This document shows, in pieces, positions 39,354 through 47,432 of a stretch of DNA of 50,732 nucleotides. The position numbers were made by a program, and so were the translations under genes. The stretch's first letter is position 1. Each line of letters opens with the position of its first letter. Location of the stretch: sequence record NC_049819.1. One strand, given 5' to 3'. This DNA is from Escherichia phage atuna. The notes under the pieces were generated by a model. That model did not search any database. It was not told where the DNA came from and worked only from the letters and a program-made list of their open reading frames with translations.

Positions 39354-39373
39354 TTTTTGCAAAAAGTGCTATT
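39354..39373 (-). promoter_or_regulatory. Motif variant (AATAGCACTTTTTGCAAAAA) + hairpin containing ATAGTA
   Basis: Near-duplicate of module at 38983, including hairpin gggcttgcggtatagtaagccc. Confidence 0.5.
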
Positions 39374-39560
39374 CTTTAATCTCAAAGCAATCCGTATCAT
39401 CTTCAAAAATCCACGGATCGCCATTATCATCAATCATAGATATGTTGCCAAAACTGGTTAAAGATGCGCTGTATGATTTCTCAATGGTGAAGCATTCGCG
39501 AACCTCTTCATCTTCACTGCCCTTAAATACAACAATCATTTGATGCATAAAGTCAGCCAT
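39369..39560 (-). CDS. Small acidic protein (63 aa)
   Basis: Asp/Glu-rich ORF. Confidence 0.4.
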   Translation of the reverse strand: MADFMHQMIVVFKGSEDEEVRECFTIEKSYSASLTSFGNISMIDDNGDPWIFEDDTDCFEIKE

Positions 39561-40097
39561 CTATAATTTCTCCACGCCGTGAGATTGTATGTGAGCGTGT
39601 GGCTTGTCGTATTCCGTGACCTGATAGGTTGTGATCCCCAAGCTGCGGAAGTGCTTAACCACGTTAGGCGAATCGTCAAAGGCGCAAACAATGTTGTCCA
39701 GGCCAATAGCGCGCAAGGCTTCTTCTTTAATAACCGTATCCTTTCGGTTGTCCTCCTGGCGGCGCATGATGATTTCGTCAAACTTCACGCCGTTCTCATT
39801 CAACCATTTGCAGGTTTCATAGCGAACCTCGTCGCTGCGTCCGGTCAAGATGACGATGGCAAATCCAGACACCCATAAACCGTTAATAACCGCGATCGTG
39901 CTTTTAATCGGTGAATCTCCGGCGGCGGCCCTGTTAAACTCGCGCCACGATTCCGTAAGGTGCAAGTTTTCAGTTGGCAGCAAATGCAAGCGATGCGATC
40001 CGTCCGATAGTGTGCCGTCCAGGTCAACGATAACAATCGGCTTACTGGTCATTAATTCGTACTTCTTGCCCCACAGTTCGAAAGTGTATTTTTTCAT
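39561..40097 (-). CDS. HAD-superfamily phosphatase (nucleotidase / polynucleotide phosphatase-like)
   Basis: Motif I VIVDLDGTLSDG (DxDGT), downstream LTGR and FDDS motifs; ATG after GAGGCG. Confidence 0.65.
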   Translation of the reverse strand: MKKYTFELWGKKYELMTSKPIVIVDLDGTLSDGSHRLHLLPTENLHLTESWREFNRAAAGDSPIKSTIAVINGLWVSGFAIVILTGRSDEVRYETCKWLNENGVKFDEIIMRRQEDNRKDTVIKEEALRAIGLDNIVCAFDDSPNVVKHFRSLGITTYQVTEYDKPHAHIQSHGVEKL

Positions 40098-40303
40098 TGC
40101 ATCGCCTCAATCTTTGCCGCCAGTTTATTTAACACGTTCGCCATGCGGCGAGCGCTCTCTGCCGAAAGTATTCCCCGAAAGTCTGGCATCCGCCCATATT
40201 CGAAAGTGCCATCTATGAAGATCTGATTTCCACGCTGATAAACGTCGATAGTGTCTCCGTAGTCGTCGGTGAATTTATATTTTGCTGTTTTGTTCTGGTC
40301 CAT
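40094..40303 (-). CDS. Hypothetical protein (69 aa)
   Basis: ORF. Confidence 0.4.
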   Translation of the reverse strand: MDQNKTAKYKFTDDYGDTIDVYQRGNQIFIDGTFEYGRMPDFRGILSAESARRMANVLNKLAAKIEAMQ

Positions 40304-40305
40304 GA

Positions 40306-40665
40306 TTAATCCTTAAACGCGTGAGCAATTTTGCTGTTAACCTTCGCTTTGATAATCGCGACGCAATAATCAGCCAGTCCGCCGCTTGCAATGCGCGATT
40401 GCTGATTATTAAATTCAATGATGGCCTCGCCAGTTTCGCCATCAATGAATCGCTCGCGTCCCCAATTGTCTGATATGCGAGCTACACGGGAAACAGCCAA
40501 GTAGGGATCGTCAATCCCGTAAAATTCCTTGACGGCCTTTTTGGTTAGCTCGTCCTTTTTCGCTACGATTTTCATCGCCACATTGTGACCAATCTGATCT
40601 ACTGACTGGTTGCGTTCGATGATATGGCTTACGCGAAAATCAACGTCTTTGTAGCTCTTGAACAT
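40306..40665 (-). CDS. Hypothetical protein (119 aa)
   Basis: ORF. Confidence 0.45.
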   Translation of the reverse strand: MFKSYKDVDFRVSHIIERNQSVDQIGHNVAMKIVAKKDELTKKAVKEFYGIDDPYLAVSRVARISDNWGRERFIDGETGEAIIEFNNQQSRIASGGLADYCVAIIKAKVNSKIAHAFKD

Positions 40666-40892
40666 TATTTGACTTCCTCAAAGGTTGCGATAAGGTCTGC
40701 GTAAGCGCAAATTGCGTTGCCGTTTTGACCGTTCAGGAACATACGGAATCCTTGATTGTTATTGACGTAAAACGATCCGGTTGATGTTCTCATTTTCTGC
40801 GCGGAGTAGATATGCCCCACTGTGAACATAAAGCCGCAACCTGGCGCTACACTGACACACTTCATTTTTTTCTGGATGATTAAACTTTCCAT
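40665..40892 (-). CDS. Hypothetical protein (75 aa)
   Basis: Start moved to ATG (MESLII) after GGGA SD; the ORF-track TTG start lies inside the promoter motif. Confidence 0.4.
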   Translation of the reverse strand: MESLIIQKKMKCVSVAPGCGFMFTVGHIYSAQKMRTSTGSFYVNNNQGFRMFLNGQNGNAICAYADLIATFEEVK

Positions 40893-40946
40893 CGCGTTTC
40901 CCATCTCGTTGAAAGTAGGGCCATTATACCTGGCCCCACATTTGAG

Positions 40947-40966
40947 TTTTAACAAAAAGTGCTATT
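40947..40966 (-). promoter_or_regulatory. Conserved intergenic motif copy (exact) + TATAAT
   Basis: Exact 20-mer; TATAAT 21 nt after TTGTTA on minus strand. Confidence 0.55.
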
Positions 40967-41151
40967 TAGAATTTTACCTCTTCCACAAGCTCAACCATCT
41001 TGTAACCAAGACGATAAGAGTCACCGAACAACAAGATCCCCATAAATTCATCGTGGCTTATTGACTCTTTGCCAACCGTTCTAAGCTCTCCGTTGTGAAT
41101 AACAGTATCGCCGATCTTGATTTCTGATTTATGGACTAATTTCGTTTTCAT
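40966..41151 (-). CDS. Hypothetical protein (61 aa)
   Basis: ORF. Confidence 0.4.
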   Translation of the reverse strand: MKTKLVHKSEIKIGDTVIHNGELRTVGKESISHDEFMGILLFGDSYRLGYKMVELVEEVKF

Positions 41152-41166
41152 TTATTCACCTGTTAA

Positions 41167-41352
41167 TTAAAAGAACGCTACATAGTTTGCAATGCCTTTG
41201 GCGTCGTCGTTTGGCATTGCTTTCACAGCCAGGTCATAACCCGCCTCTACCTTCTGCTTTGCTGTTTCTTCGTTGTAGCCCCAGATAACCAGGATTTTAA
41301 CTACGTTTTCTTTGTTCAGGACTTTAAGGTCTTTGGTGATGCGACGTGCCAT
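41167..41352 (-). CDS. Hypothetical protein (61 aa)
   Basis: ORF downstream of a motif module. Confidence 0.4.
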   Translation of the reverse strand: MARRITKDLKVLNKENVVKILVIWGYNEETAKQKVEAGYDLAVKAMPNDDAKGIANYVAFF

Positions 41353-41409
41353 TTTTGTTTCCTCAATCTCGTTTCGATGAGGCTATTATGCCAGGCTTTG
41401 CGCCTGGCG

Positions 41410-41429
41410 TTTTAACAAAAAGTGCTATT
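41410..41429 (-). promoter_or_regulatory. Conserved intergenic motif copy (exact) + hairpin + ATAAT + leader CATCGAAACGAG
   Basis: Exact 20-mer, hairpin cgccaggcgcaaagcctggc, ATAAT 23 nt after TTGTTA. Confidence 0.55.
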
Positions 41430-41685
41430 TAATATCTGTTGTGACTTGCTGGTGCATTACGTTCTTTCCGCTGTTGTACGTGCTATCCGTTGCGCCTTTG
41501 CAATTGGTGTAATAGATCGCGCGACCGTTATCATAGAATCTGTATGCTGTGCATCCGTCAACAGTGAACAGGCGGCCGACTTTGAAATCTGACTCCACGC
41601 CTACGACAACCGTTGATTCTGATGCCTTTTCGCATCCGGTCAGGAGTGTCATTGCCACCAAAACACCGATTAACGCCTTTTTCAT
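41425..41685 (-). CDS. Lipoprotein (86 aa)
   Basis: Signal peptide with lipobox LTGC (MKKALIGVLVAMTLLTGC). Confidence 0.55.
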   Translation of the reverse strand: MKKALIGVLVAMTLLTGCEKASESTVVVGVESDFKVGRLFTVDGCTAYRFYDNGRAIYYTNCKGATDSTYNSGKNVMHQQVTTDIK

Positions 41686-42146
41686 TGTTCATCCTCCAGG
41701 AAAGTTTTTTTGATCATCGCGTGAAAGTCAGCGACGGCCTTTGATAATGTTTCATACTCTTCCGGCGCATAGTTTGCCAGGTTTGGCGACATATCAATGA
41801 TCGCCTCTGCAACCTTGCGCTTAGCCTGGCGCACCGCCCTTTCCAGTGCCTCTTTGTTGTAAACCTTGCGACGGCCTTCAACAATCCGCACCTCGTAGAA
41901 AGTGCTACCGAAGTTTTCATCTTCCGGCCCGTAAACGCCACGGGTAACGGATACGCGCCCCCGCTCGGCGACTTCTGGCACTCGACTCATGATCTGGCGA
42001 ATGTAGGCCGCCGGATTGCTTGCCGACTTCTTGCCGAACATGTGGACCTGCAAATACGCGTCAGGAATCTTGATCGTCTCTTCCTCGCCATTAGCCAGCA
42101 TAATAGCGGCACGGCGCAGCGTGTCAGTGAATGATTGCTCGCTCAT
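41682..42146 (-). CDS. Hypothetical early protein (154 aa)
   Basis: Start at ATG (MSEQSF) after CAGGAGGTAG; first gene of leftward early arm. Confidence 0.5.
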   Translation of the reverse strand: MSEQSFTDTLRRAAIMLANGEEETIKIPDAYLQVHMFGKKSASNPAAYIRQIMSRVPEVAERGRVSVTRGVYGPEDENFGSTFYEVRIVEGRRKVYNKEALERAVRQAKRKVAEAIIDMSPNLANYAPEEYETLSKAVADFHAMIKKTFLEDEQ

Positions 42147-42174
42147 TTCTACCTCCTGGTTGTTAGGTGTGGGC

Positions 42175-42203
42175 ATTATCAATAATGCTATTTAATGTGT
42201 CAA
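42175..42203 (-). promoter_or_regulatory. Sigma70-type promoter (TTGACA-N17-GATAAT) for leftward early arm
   Basis: Exact TTGACA, 17-nt spacer, GATAAT on minus strand about 30 nt upstream of SD of gene 41682-42146. Confidence 0.6.
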
Positions 42204-42510
42204 CTGTTTTTTCTTGTTCCCGCGTGTTTTATCAATTTTACATGGTGGCACAATAACAATATAGGCGTTATTTTTCCTTATAAATCAATGTTATCATTGC
42301 CTGTTATCTAAGTTTTCTCGCGGAAAGTGCCATATAGATATATATACCCCTACATACCCATACACACATACAGATACACAAAAACTATATACCCCCACCA
42401 AATACCACAATAACCAAGATAACAAAAGAGAATATATAGATACATATAAATAAATAATCCTTATTTTTCAATGTATTATATAGGTATTGTTTGTTATTTT
42501 TTGTTATCGT
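42196..42510. repeat. A+C-rich strand-skewed low-complexity element, copy B (homologous to 12141-12350, with about 100-bp extra segment)
   Basis: Shared blocks with copy A; sits in the 640-bp non-coding region between divergent early arms. Confidence 0.6.
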
Positions 42511-42741
42511 ATTTTGCGGAAGGTCAACAAAAGAACAGGCGGGAACGTAACATAACAACCACTGACAGCCAGGCGGAAAAGTGAGGCAAGAGGGGAAGGT
42601 TTCACTATCTCCCATGCAACCAATGATTAAACGTGATTGCTTTTCTCATCAAATTTGCAAAGGCAATCATCATTTTGACGTGATTTGATTACGAATGATT
42701 ACTTTTGATTATTTCGATCACAATCCTGGCGCTAACCGTCA

Positions 42742-42761
42742 AATAGCACTTTTTGTTAAAA
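42742..42761 (+). promoter_or_regulatory. Conserved intergenic motif copy (exact) + leader CATCGAAACGAA for rightward early arm
   Basis: Exact 20-mer about 60 nt upstream of ATG 42821. Confidence 0.55.
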
Positions 42762-42820
42762 CTCAGGCCACCTGATCGGGTACATTACACACATCGAAAC
42801 GAACCGCTCAGGAGATAGCA

Positions 42821-43093
42821 ATGAACATCAGCAAAACCACTTTCAACTTCGCTAAGCGTCACGGTCTGGATCTGACTGTTGAAGATTTTGGCGATGTTCT
42901 GCAACTCTGCATTTGGGAAGCAGATAACGATTGCGAGTGGCTTTGCTCTTATCGTATCAACTACGATTGCTTGACCTGGCACGGCAATATCTATCTGCCG
43001 CAAGAAGTGAAAGAAGAATTGCCAGCGACTATCAACAACGAGGTTTTCTTGCGTCAGGTGCTGAAATTTATCAGTGAGGAGATCAAGAAGTAA
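42821..43093 (+). CDS. Hypothetical early protein (90 aa)
   Basis: ORF with SD caggagatag. Confidence 0.45.
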   Translation: MNISKTTFNFAKRHGLDLTVEDFGDVLQLCIWEADNDCEWLCSYRINYDCLTWHGNIYLPQEVKEELPATINNEVFLRQVLKFISEEIKK

Positions 43094-43359
43094 TGGCGGT
43101 GATTACCGAAAATGATTTGGATCTGGCGGAGGCATTTTGCAGGGCCGCCAGGGCTAACCTGGATGTGGCTACTAAATTTCTTCCGGCGCGACCACTCTTT
43201 TCGTGTGCGCCCGTGAATAAACCGACTCGCGTAATGATCGTGATTGAAGGTGATGGCCTGTACGCTGAAAAGACGTTTCACATCAGCAACATTAAGGGCC
43301 GTGCTGATTTTATCAATGATGTTTGCTTATTGCAGGAGAAGAAAAAATGTTGGATGTGA
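43093..43359 (+). CDS. Hypothetical early protein (88 aa)
   Basis: ORF, start overlaps previous stop. Confidence 0.4.
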   Translation: MAVITENDLDLAEAFCRAARANLDVATKFLPARPLFSCAPVNKPTRVMIVIEGDGLYAEKTFHISNIKGRADFINDVCLLQEKKKCWM

Positions 43360-43556
43360 TCAAGAAAGCACATGAGATGGGTATGGATGTTTCAATCTGC
43401 GACGCTTCCGCGCGCCACCCGTCAGCGCCTGAAAATATGGTTGTTGTCATCGTGCATAATCACCGCTATGAGTGCCGTGCGATGTTTGAGAAACAGGATA
43501 AAGAGTCTCAACGCTGTTTTATCAACGAAGTCTGTGATCTGTATGGGCGTATCTGA
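43347..43556 (+). CDS. Hypothetical early protein (69 aa)
   Basis: Start at ATG after GGAGAAGAAAAA. Confidence 0.35.
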   Translation: MLDVIKKAHEMGMDVSICDASARHPSAPENMVVVIVHNHRYECRAMFEKQDKESQRCFINEVCDLYGRI

Positions 43557-43557
43557 A

Positions 43558-43770
43558 ATGTTCAAGAAATTGTTATGGCTGTACCGCTCCAGGCGCAACA
43601 AGGGATATTGCAGGGGCACGGAAAGGAATCTTGACCGCGCTTATAAATACTGCCTGTTGTTGCTCGCCAGTCTGCCGGAAAACAGGAAGGAATATATTGC
43701 ACTGCGAGAAATAACAATGCGGATATATAGTTACCGCAATAAACTATACGTCTTTAAATCTTTACGATAA
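43558..43770 (+). CDS. Small basic protein (70 aa)
   Basis: Translationally coupled (TGAAATG); the longer overlapping ORF 43372-43770 is rejected. Confidence 0.35.
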   Translation: MFKKLLWLYRSRRNKGYCRGTERNLDRAYKYCLLLLASLPENRKEYIALREITMRIYSYRNKLYVFKSLR

Positions 43771-43782
43771 GGAGTAATAACC

Positions 43783-44046
43783 ATGAAAATTAATGCACCT
43801 ATTCCAGTTAAGCGCAAAGCACGTTTGCTCAATAACGGATGTTACGCCCTGCGGCCTGCATTTAAGGATCGCACATTTCCGGTTATCGTTAACGTGTCTC
43901 ACGTAAGCCGTAGCGGAAACCTGGTATTCGTTAAAGGTGAAGATCTGACGGCTCTTGGATTCTATGGCGGTGTTCACGGCGAAGCGCTCGGATTCTGGCT
44001 TGTGGATCCGTTAACTGGAGAGCGTGAAATCGAATTCCTGGACTAA
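43783..44046 (+). CDS. Hypothetical early protein (87 aa)
   Basis: SD TAAGGAG upstream. Confidence 0.45.
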   Translation: MKINAPIPVKRKARLLNNGCYALRPAFKDRTFPVIVNVSHVSRSGNLVFVKGEDLTALGFYGGVHGEALGFWLVDPLTGEREIEFLD

Positions 44047-44065
44047 ATAGCACTTTTTGTTAAAA
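44046..44065 (+). promoter_or_regulatory. Conserved intergenic motif copy (exact) + hairpin with TGGTATAGT + leader CATCGAAACGAAAC
   Basis: Exact 20-mer starting in the stop codon of upstream gene; TATAGT 22 nt after TTGTTA. Confidence 0.6.
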
Positions 44066-44123
44066 ACGATGCGCTGCTGATTGGTATAGTAAGCGCATCG
44101 AAACGAAACAGAGGATTTTCAAA

Positions 44124-44351
44124 ATGTCAGTAGTCGCCAACCAGAAAGCAATCGACCAGACAAACGACAAACGTTTTGCGATTTTCATCACTCGCAACCA
44201 TAAGCGCTACGCTGTTAAGGCTATCCCTGGCGGTTATGCTACATACATGGAATTGAGCGGCGGCTGGTATCGTTGTGAGAATCTCTCAAACTTCCTGGTA
44301 TGGAATGCGGAATTCCAGGGCTTTGATGATATTTCTTCAATCACTTACTAA
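44124..44351 (+). CDS. Hypothetical early protein (75 aa)
   Basis: ORF with SD cagagg. Confidence 0.45.
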   Translation: MSVVANQKAIDQTNDKRFAIFITRNHKRYAVKAIPGGYATYMELSGGWYRCENLSNFLVWNAEFQGFDDISSITY

Positions 44352-44365
44352 CAGGAGATCAAAAA

Positions 44366-44773
44366 ATGGTATCGCAGTCTCTTAAATTCATTGGCGAAAA
44401 CACCAGTCACGCATGGACTTTCACAAAAGGCGCTGAATACGCCGTATTGCGCGATGAAAAATATGGCGATGAGTATGTTCTTGATGATTATCGCGAACCT
44501 CTTTACATCTCGCGTGACGATGATAACCGATTCTATGGCACTGGCTTTGAAAGTTACGCTTTCCGACCAGTATTTGAAGAGGAATTACGGCCTATTTACC
44601 GCGTAATTGCAACTAATCGCGAGAATGGACGGGCCACCCTTTGTTATGCAGGCCATTTTAAAAAGAGAGCGCAAAATTGCTACAATGGCCTGAAAGATAA
44701 AGAATCAATTATTCGCGATCATCGTGTGACGCTCCAGGAGTTGCGGCCAATCACTATCGACACCACGGAATAA
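44366..44773 (+). CDS. Hypothetical early protein (135 aa)
   Basis: ORF with SD caggag. Confidence 0.5.
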   Translation: MVSQSLKFIGENTSHAWTFTKGAEYAVLRDEKYGDEYVLDDYREPLYISRDDDNRFYGTGFESYAFRPVFEEELRPIYRVIATNRENGRATLCYAGHFKKRAQNCYNGLKDKESIIRDHRVTLQELRPITIDTTE

Positions 44774-44792
44774 AAAGCACTTTTTGTTAAAA
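44773..44792 (+). promoter_or_regulatory. Motif variant (AAAAGCACTTTTTGTTAAAA) + hairpin with TGGTATATT + leader CATCGACAACAAAC
   Basis: 19/20 match, same architecture as 44046. Confidence 0.55.
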
Positions 44793-44848
44793 GTCGTATG
44801 CGGTAAGTTGGTATATTTACCGCATCGACAACAAACGAGGATTTAAAG

Positions 44849-45046
44849 ATGGAAAATCAGGTTGATGTTAAAGTTGTTAAGCGCGACAAGTCTCACGAAA
44901 AAGGTTTGTTTAAGAAAGGTGCTGAAATCACCATTGACCTTGATGATATGGAGGCGTACCACTCAGGGCTAACTTGGAACGTGCGCAAATGTGAAAACGG
45001 CCTGTTCAAGTTAAATGGCTTTGAAACATACATGGAGATCATTTAA
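44849..45046 (+). CDS. Hypothetical early protein (65 aa)
   Basis: ORF. Confidence 0.45.
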   Translation: MENQVDVKVVKRDKSHEKGLFKKGAEITIDLDDMEAYHSGLTWNVRKCENGLFKLNGFETYMEII

Positions 45047-45327
45047 TGGCATACGAAAAGAATGATTTCAATAGCGCAAGAGAAAAAATCAAGGCGGCGC
45101 GAATTAAACAGCGCGCCTTTAGATTCTGGCTTGACTATCGCGATCTAAGAAAAGAGATGGATACGCTTATTAAGACTGGTAGCGCATTCTGCTCTAATAG
45201 AACGGTTTGGCGAAATATGAATGCGCAGTACGGCCAGGGTAAAATTCGTGTATTTGGCGGCGCTGTTGATGCTTATGTATTTAGCGCAACAAAGGCTGTA
45301 AGTTTTAACGTAACTGGGATCGCATAA
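45046..45327 (+). CDS. Hypothetical early protein (93 aa)
   Basis: ORF, TAATG coupling. Confidence 0.45.
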   Translation: MAYEKNDFNSAREKIKAARIKQRAFRFWLDYRDLRKEMDTLIKTGSAFCSNRTVWRNMNAQYGQGKIRVFGGAVDAYVFSATKAVSFNVTGIA

Positions 45328-45539
45328 TGGCAAAGCAATTAAAACTTAAATGCGTAGAAACTTATAACTCAATTTGGAAATTTACGCGCGGAAAAGAATA
45401 TCCACTAATGGGAAATCTCAAAGAAGATCCTCATGTAATTTCAGATAATGGTCTTCACCTTTATTTAATGGAATACAACGATGGGTATATTGGCGCTGGT
45501 GTTACAGGTCATAAATTTAAGCTGAAAAATAAGAAATGA
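45327..45539 (+). CDS. Hypothetical early protein (70 aa)
   Basis: ORF, TAATG coupling. Confidence 0.45.
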   Translation: MAKQLKLKCVETYNSIWKFTRGKEYPLMGNLKEDPHVISDNGLHLYLMEYNDGYIGAGVTGHKFKLKNKK

Positions 45540-45647
45540 GGCTATTTATTTTCAAAAACGCTTGGATGGTGGCGGTTGCAAATGACCATTACGGCGGCGA
45601 CGGAAAAAGAGCGCCACGTCATTCATATTTCAATTGAGGATATTTAA

Positions 45648-45875
45648 ATGAAAGCAAAAGTTTTAAACATTATGGCAACTATTGACGCTCATCACCGCGT
45701 GGCTGTAAAACTTGATAAGTCCTGCGGAATTAGCCAAATCACTATCACCGAGGGCAAAGGCGGCTATCTTATTGGTATCCATCCAGGCGGTAAGGTGCGC
45801 AAATACAATAAAGATCAGGTAAAAGAATTACTGGAAGAAAACGCTTTCTATATTCAAAGTTGGCGCTCTCTTTAA
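45648..45875 (+). CDS. Hypothetical early protein (75 aa)
   Basis: ORF. Confidence 0.45.
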   Translation: MKAKVLNIMATIDAHHRVAVKLDKSCGISQITITEGKGGYLIGIHPGGKVRKYNKDQVKELLEENAFYIQSWRSL

Positions 45876-45883
45876 TTAATCTG

Positions 45884-45904
45884 GCGGCGTTTTGCCGCCT
45901 TTTA
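45884..45904 (+). terminator. Hairpin + T-run (possible attenuating terminator)
   Basis: ggcggcgttttgccgcc followed by TTTT, then SD gaggtgg. Confidence 0.45.
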
Positions 45905-45917
45905 AATGAGGTGGAAA

Positions 45918-46034
45918 ATGATAGATAAAGCTATTGATTTCTTTTTTTATTCGATTATTGGCGCGGTTGGTTTTTTGGTTACTGCTGCTGGCCTGGCTAT
46001 TATCTTGGCTGTTATTAAGGGAGTTATGCGATGA
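45918..46034 (+). CDS. Small membrane peptide (38 aa), not in ORF track
   Basis: ATG after GAGGTGG; hydrophobic FFFYSIIGAVGFLVTAAGLAIILAVI; stop overlaps next start (ATGA). Confidence 0.3.
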   Translation: MIDKAIDFFFYSIIGAVGFLVTAAGLAIILAVIKGVMR

Positions 46035-46255
46035 GTCAGGACGGTTTTTTTGAGCGCCTTCAAATGGCAGAAGATGCCGGACTAAATAAAGAGGCGGCGC
46101 TTGAAGTGGCATATAAAATTAAGACTCTTGATGAGGCTTTAGGTGATATGGATATGGATCTTGAATCAAGCGCAATATTTGCAGATCCCACTATGATTGT
46201 TAATGATTGTGGATGCGATTTCGATCCTAGTTGTCCGCGCTGTTTTCCGTTTTGA
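46031..46255 (+). CDS. Small acidic protein (74 aa)
   Basis: Asp/Glu-rich, C-terminal Cys cluster CGCDFDPSCPRC; coupled to downstream methyltransferase-like gene. Confidence 0.45.
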   Translation: MSQDGFFERLQMAEDAGLNKEAALEVAYKIKTLDEALGDMDMDLESSAIFADPTMIVNDCGCDFDPSCPRCFPF

Positions 46256-46265
46256 GGTAATGACG

Positions 46266-46976
46266 ATGTATAAAGGTTTAATATTCTCCCTATTTGATGG
46301 ATCTGGTAAAGCCGTTAAAGATTGGGCTGATAATGGATATAAGTGCATTTGCTTTAATGCTGACGGTGGCGATCACGGTGATTACCAGTCAGTGCGCATA
46401 CAGCATGAGAATATCGAATACGTTAACGTCTGGATTGATGAAAGATTTTACCACCGCGCGCGCTGGGAGGAATGGGGCATTCCTGACTTTATTATGGCAT
46501 TTCCGCCGTGCACCGACCTTGCAAATAGCGGATCTCGCCATTGGGCCAAAAAACGCCTTGAGAATCCATCGTTCCAGGATGAGGCCGCCGACACTTGCAG
46601 AATCGCGGCTGATATAGCTGATTATTTCGGTGTTCCTTACATGATCGAAAATCCGGTTGGCAAGTTGTCAACGTTATGGCGAAAGCCTGATTATACGTTC
46701 CATCCGTGCGATTACGCTGGCTATCTGCCGGAAGATGATAAACATCCCGACTTCCCTGATATTATTCCGGCACGGGATCGCTATTTTAAGAAAACGTGCC
46801 TCTGGACTGGCAACGGCTTTGTTATTCCTCCTCGCGCTTTAATCCTGCCGAAAGAGGAAGACAAAGATAATCCAGGCTGGGCCAAAACTGGCGGTAAGTC
46901 ATCGCGCACAAAGATGATCCGCTCCCTCACTCCGCGCGGCTTTGCTCGCGCCGTCTTTGAGTCAAACTCAAAATAG
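46266..46976 (+). CDS. C5-cytosine methyltransferase-like protein (compact, about 237 aa)
   Basis: Motif I IFSLFDGSG, motif IV-like FPPC (catalytic Cys), motif VI-like ENPVG; no obvious large target-recognition domain; start ATG 46266 chosen for SD spacing. Confidence 0.55.
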   Translation: MYKGLIFSLFDGSGKAVKDWADNGYKCICFNADGGDHGDYQSVRIQHENIEYVNVWIDERFYHRARWEEWGIPDFIMAFPPCTDLANSGSRHWAKKRLENPSFQDEAADTCRIAADIADYFGVPYMIENPVGKLSTLWRKPDYTFHPCDYAGYLPEDDKHPDFPDIIPARDRYFKKTCLWTGNGFVIPPRALILPKEEDKDNPGWAKTGGKSSRTKMIRSLTPRGFARAVFESNSK

Positions 46977-46991
46977 CACTTTTTGTTAAAA
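46972..46991 (+). promoter_or_regulatory. Conserved intergenic motif copy (exact) + hairpin + CATAAT + leader CACATCGAACAAAC
   Basis: Exact 20-mer overlapping stop of upstream gene; ATAAT 23 nt after TTGTTA. Confidence 0.6.
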
Positions 46992-47045
46992 GCCAGGTGT
47001 AAAAACCTGGCATAATCACATCGAACAAACAAAGGAGATCTGATC

Positions 47046-47432
47046 ATGAATGTTATCTGTAATGAAACCAACGTATTGATGAAAGGCCGTTTTAAAACGG
47101 TTTATCAGAAGATTGCAGGAAGTGATGATGTGATCGAGGTGGAAGAGTTCCAGGTTAAGACGCTTGTTAAGGGTAGCCGCTGGCTTCCAGCAAACCGAGA
47201 TGATTACCGCGCCATTAACACAAAAACCGTTCTTTGCACGTTTGTAGATCATAACATGCCGTGCAAAAAGCACTTTAAGCAGGGCAAGCGATACCAGATC
47301 GAGAAAGGGCGACCGCTTGGAAGCGTTGCGGGTTATGTTTTTGATGAGTGCGGCGACCGCTGGAACCTGTACCGTGAAGAGGTCGGATTCTCTGCTGGCG
47401 GCTGTTATCTGTTTGAGGGCAAATATCTGTGA
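47046..47432 (+). CDS. Hypothetical early protein (128 aa)
   Basis: ORF with SD aaggag. Confidence 0.45.
   Translation: MNVICNETNVLMKGRFKTVYQKIAGSDDVIEVEEFQVKTLVKGSRWLPANRDDYRAINTKTVLCTFVDHNMPCKKHFKQGKRYQIEKGRPLGSVAGYVFDECGDRWNLYREEVGFSAGGCYLFEGKYL

Noticed and set aside
40893-40955. TTG start at 40955 for ORF 40665-40955
   Set aside because: The TTG is the TTGTTA block of the promoter motif; the predicted -10 and leader lie inside this N-terminal extension, so translation most likely begins at ATG 40892.
12141-42510. The two A+C-rich elements as terminal direct repeats of the virion DNA
   Set aside because: They are about 30 kb apart inside an otherwise continuous gene map and are diverged with indels, unlike the exact terminal redundancy generated by headful packaging; they are kept as a finding of unknown function.
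43372-43770. 132-aa ORF 43372-43770
   Set aside because: Its first 185 nt overlap gene 43347-43556 in another frame; only the distal part from ATG 43558 (70 aa, stop/start coupled) is kept.
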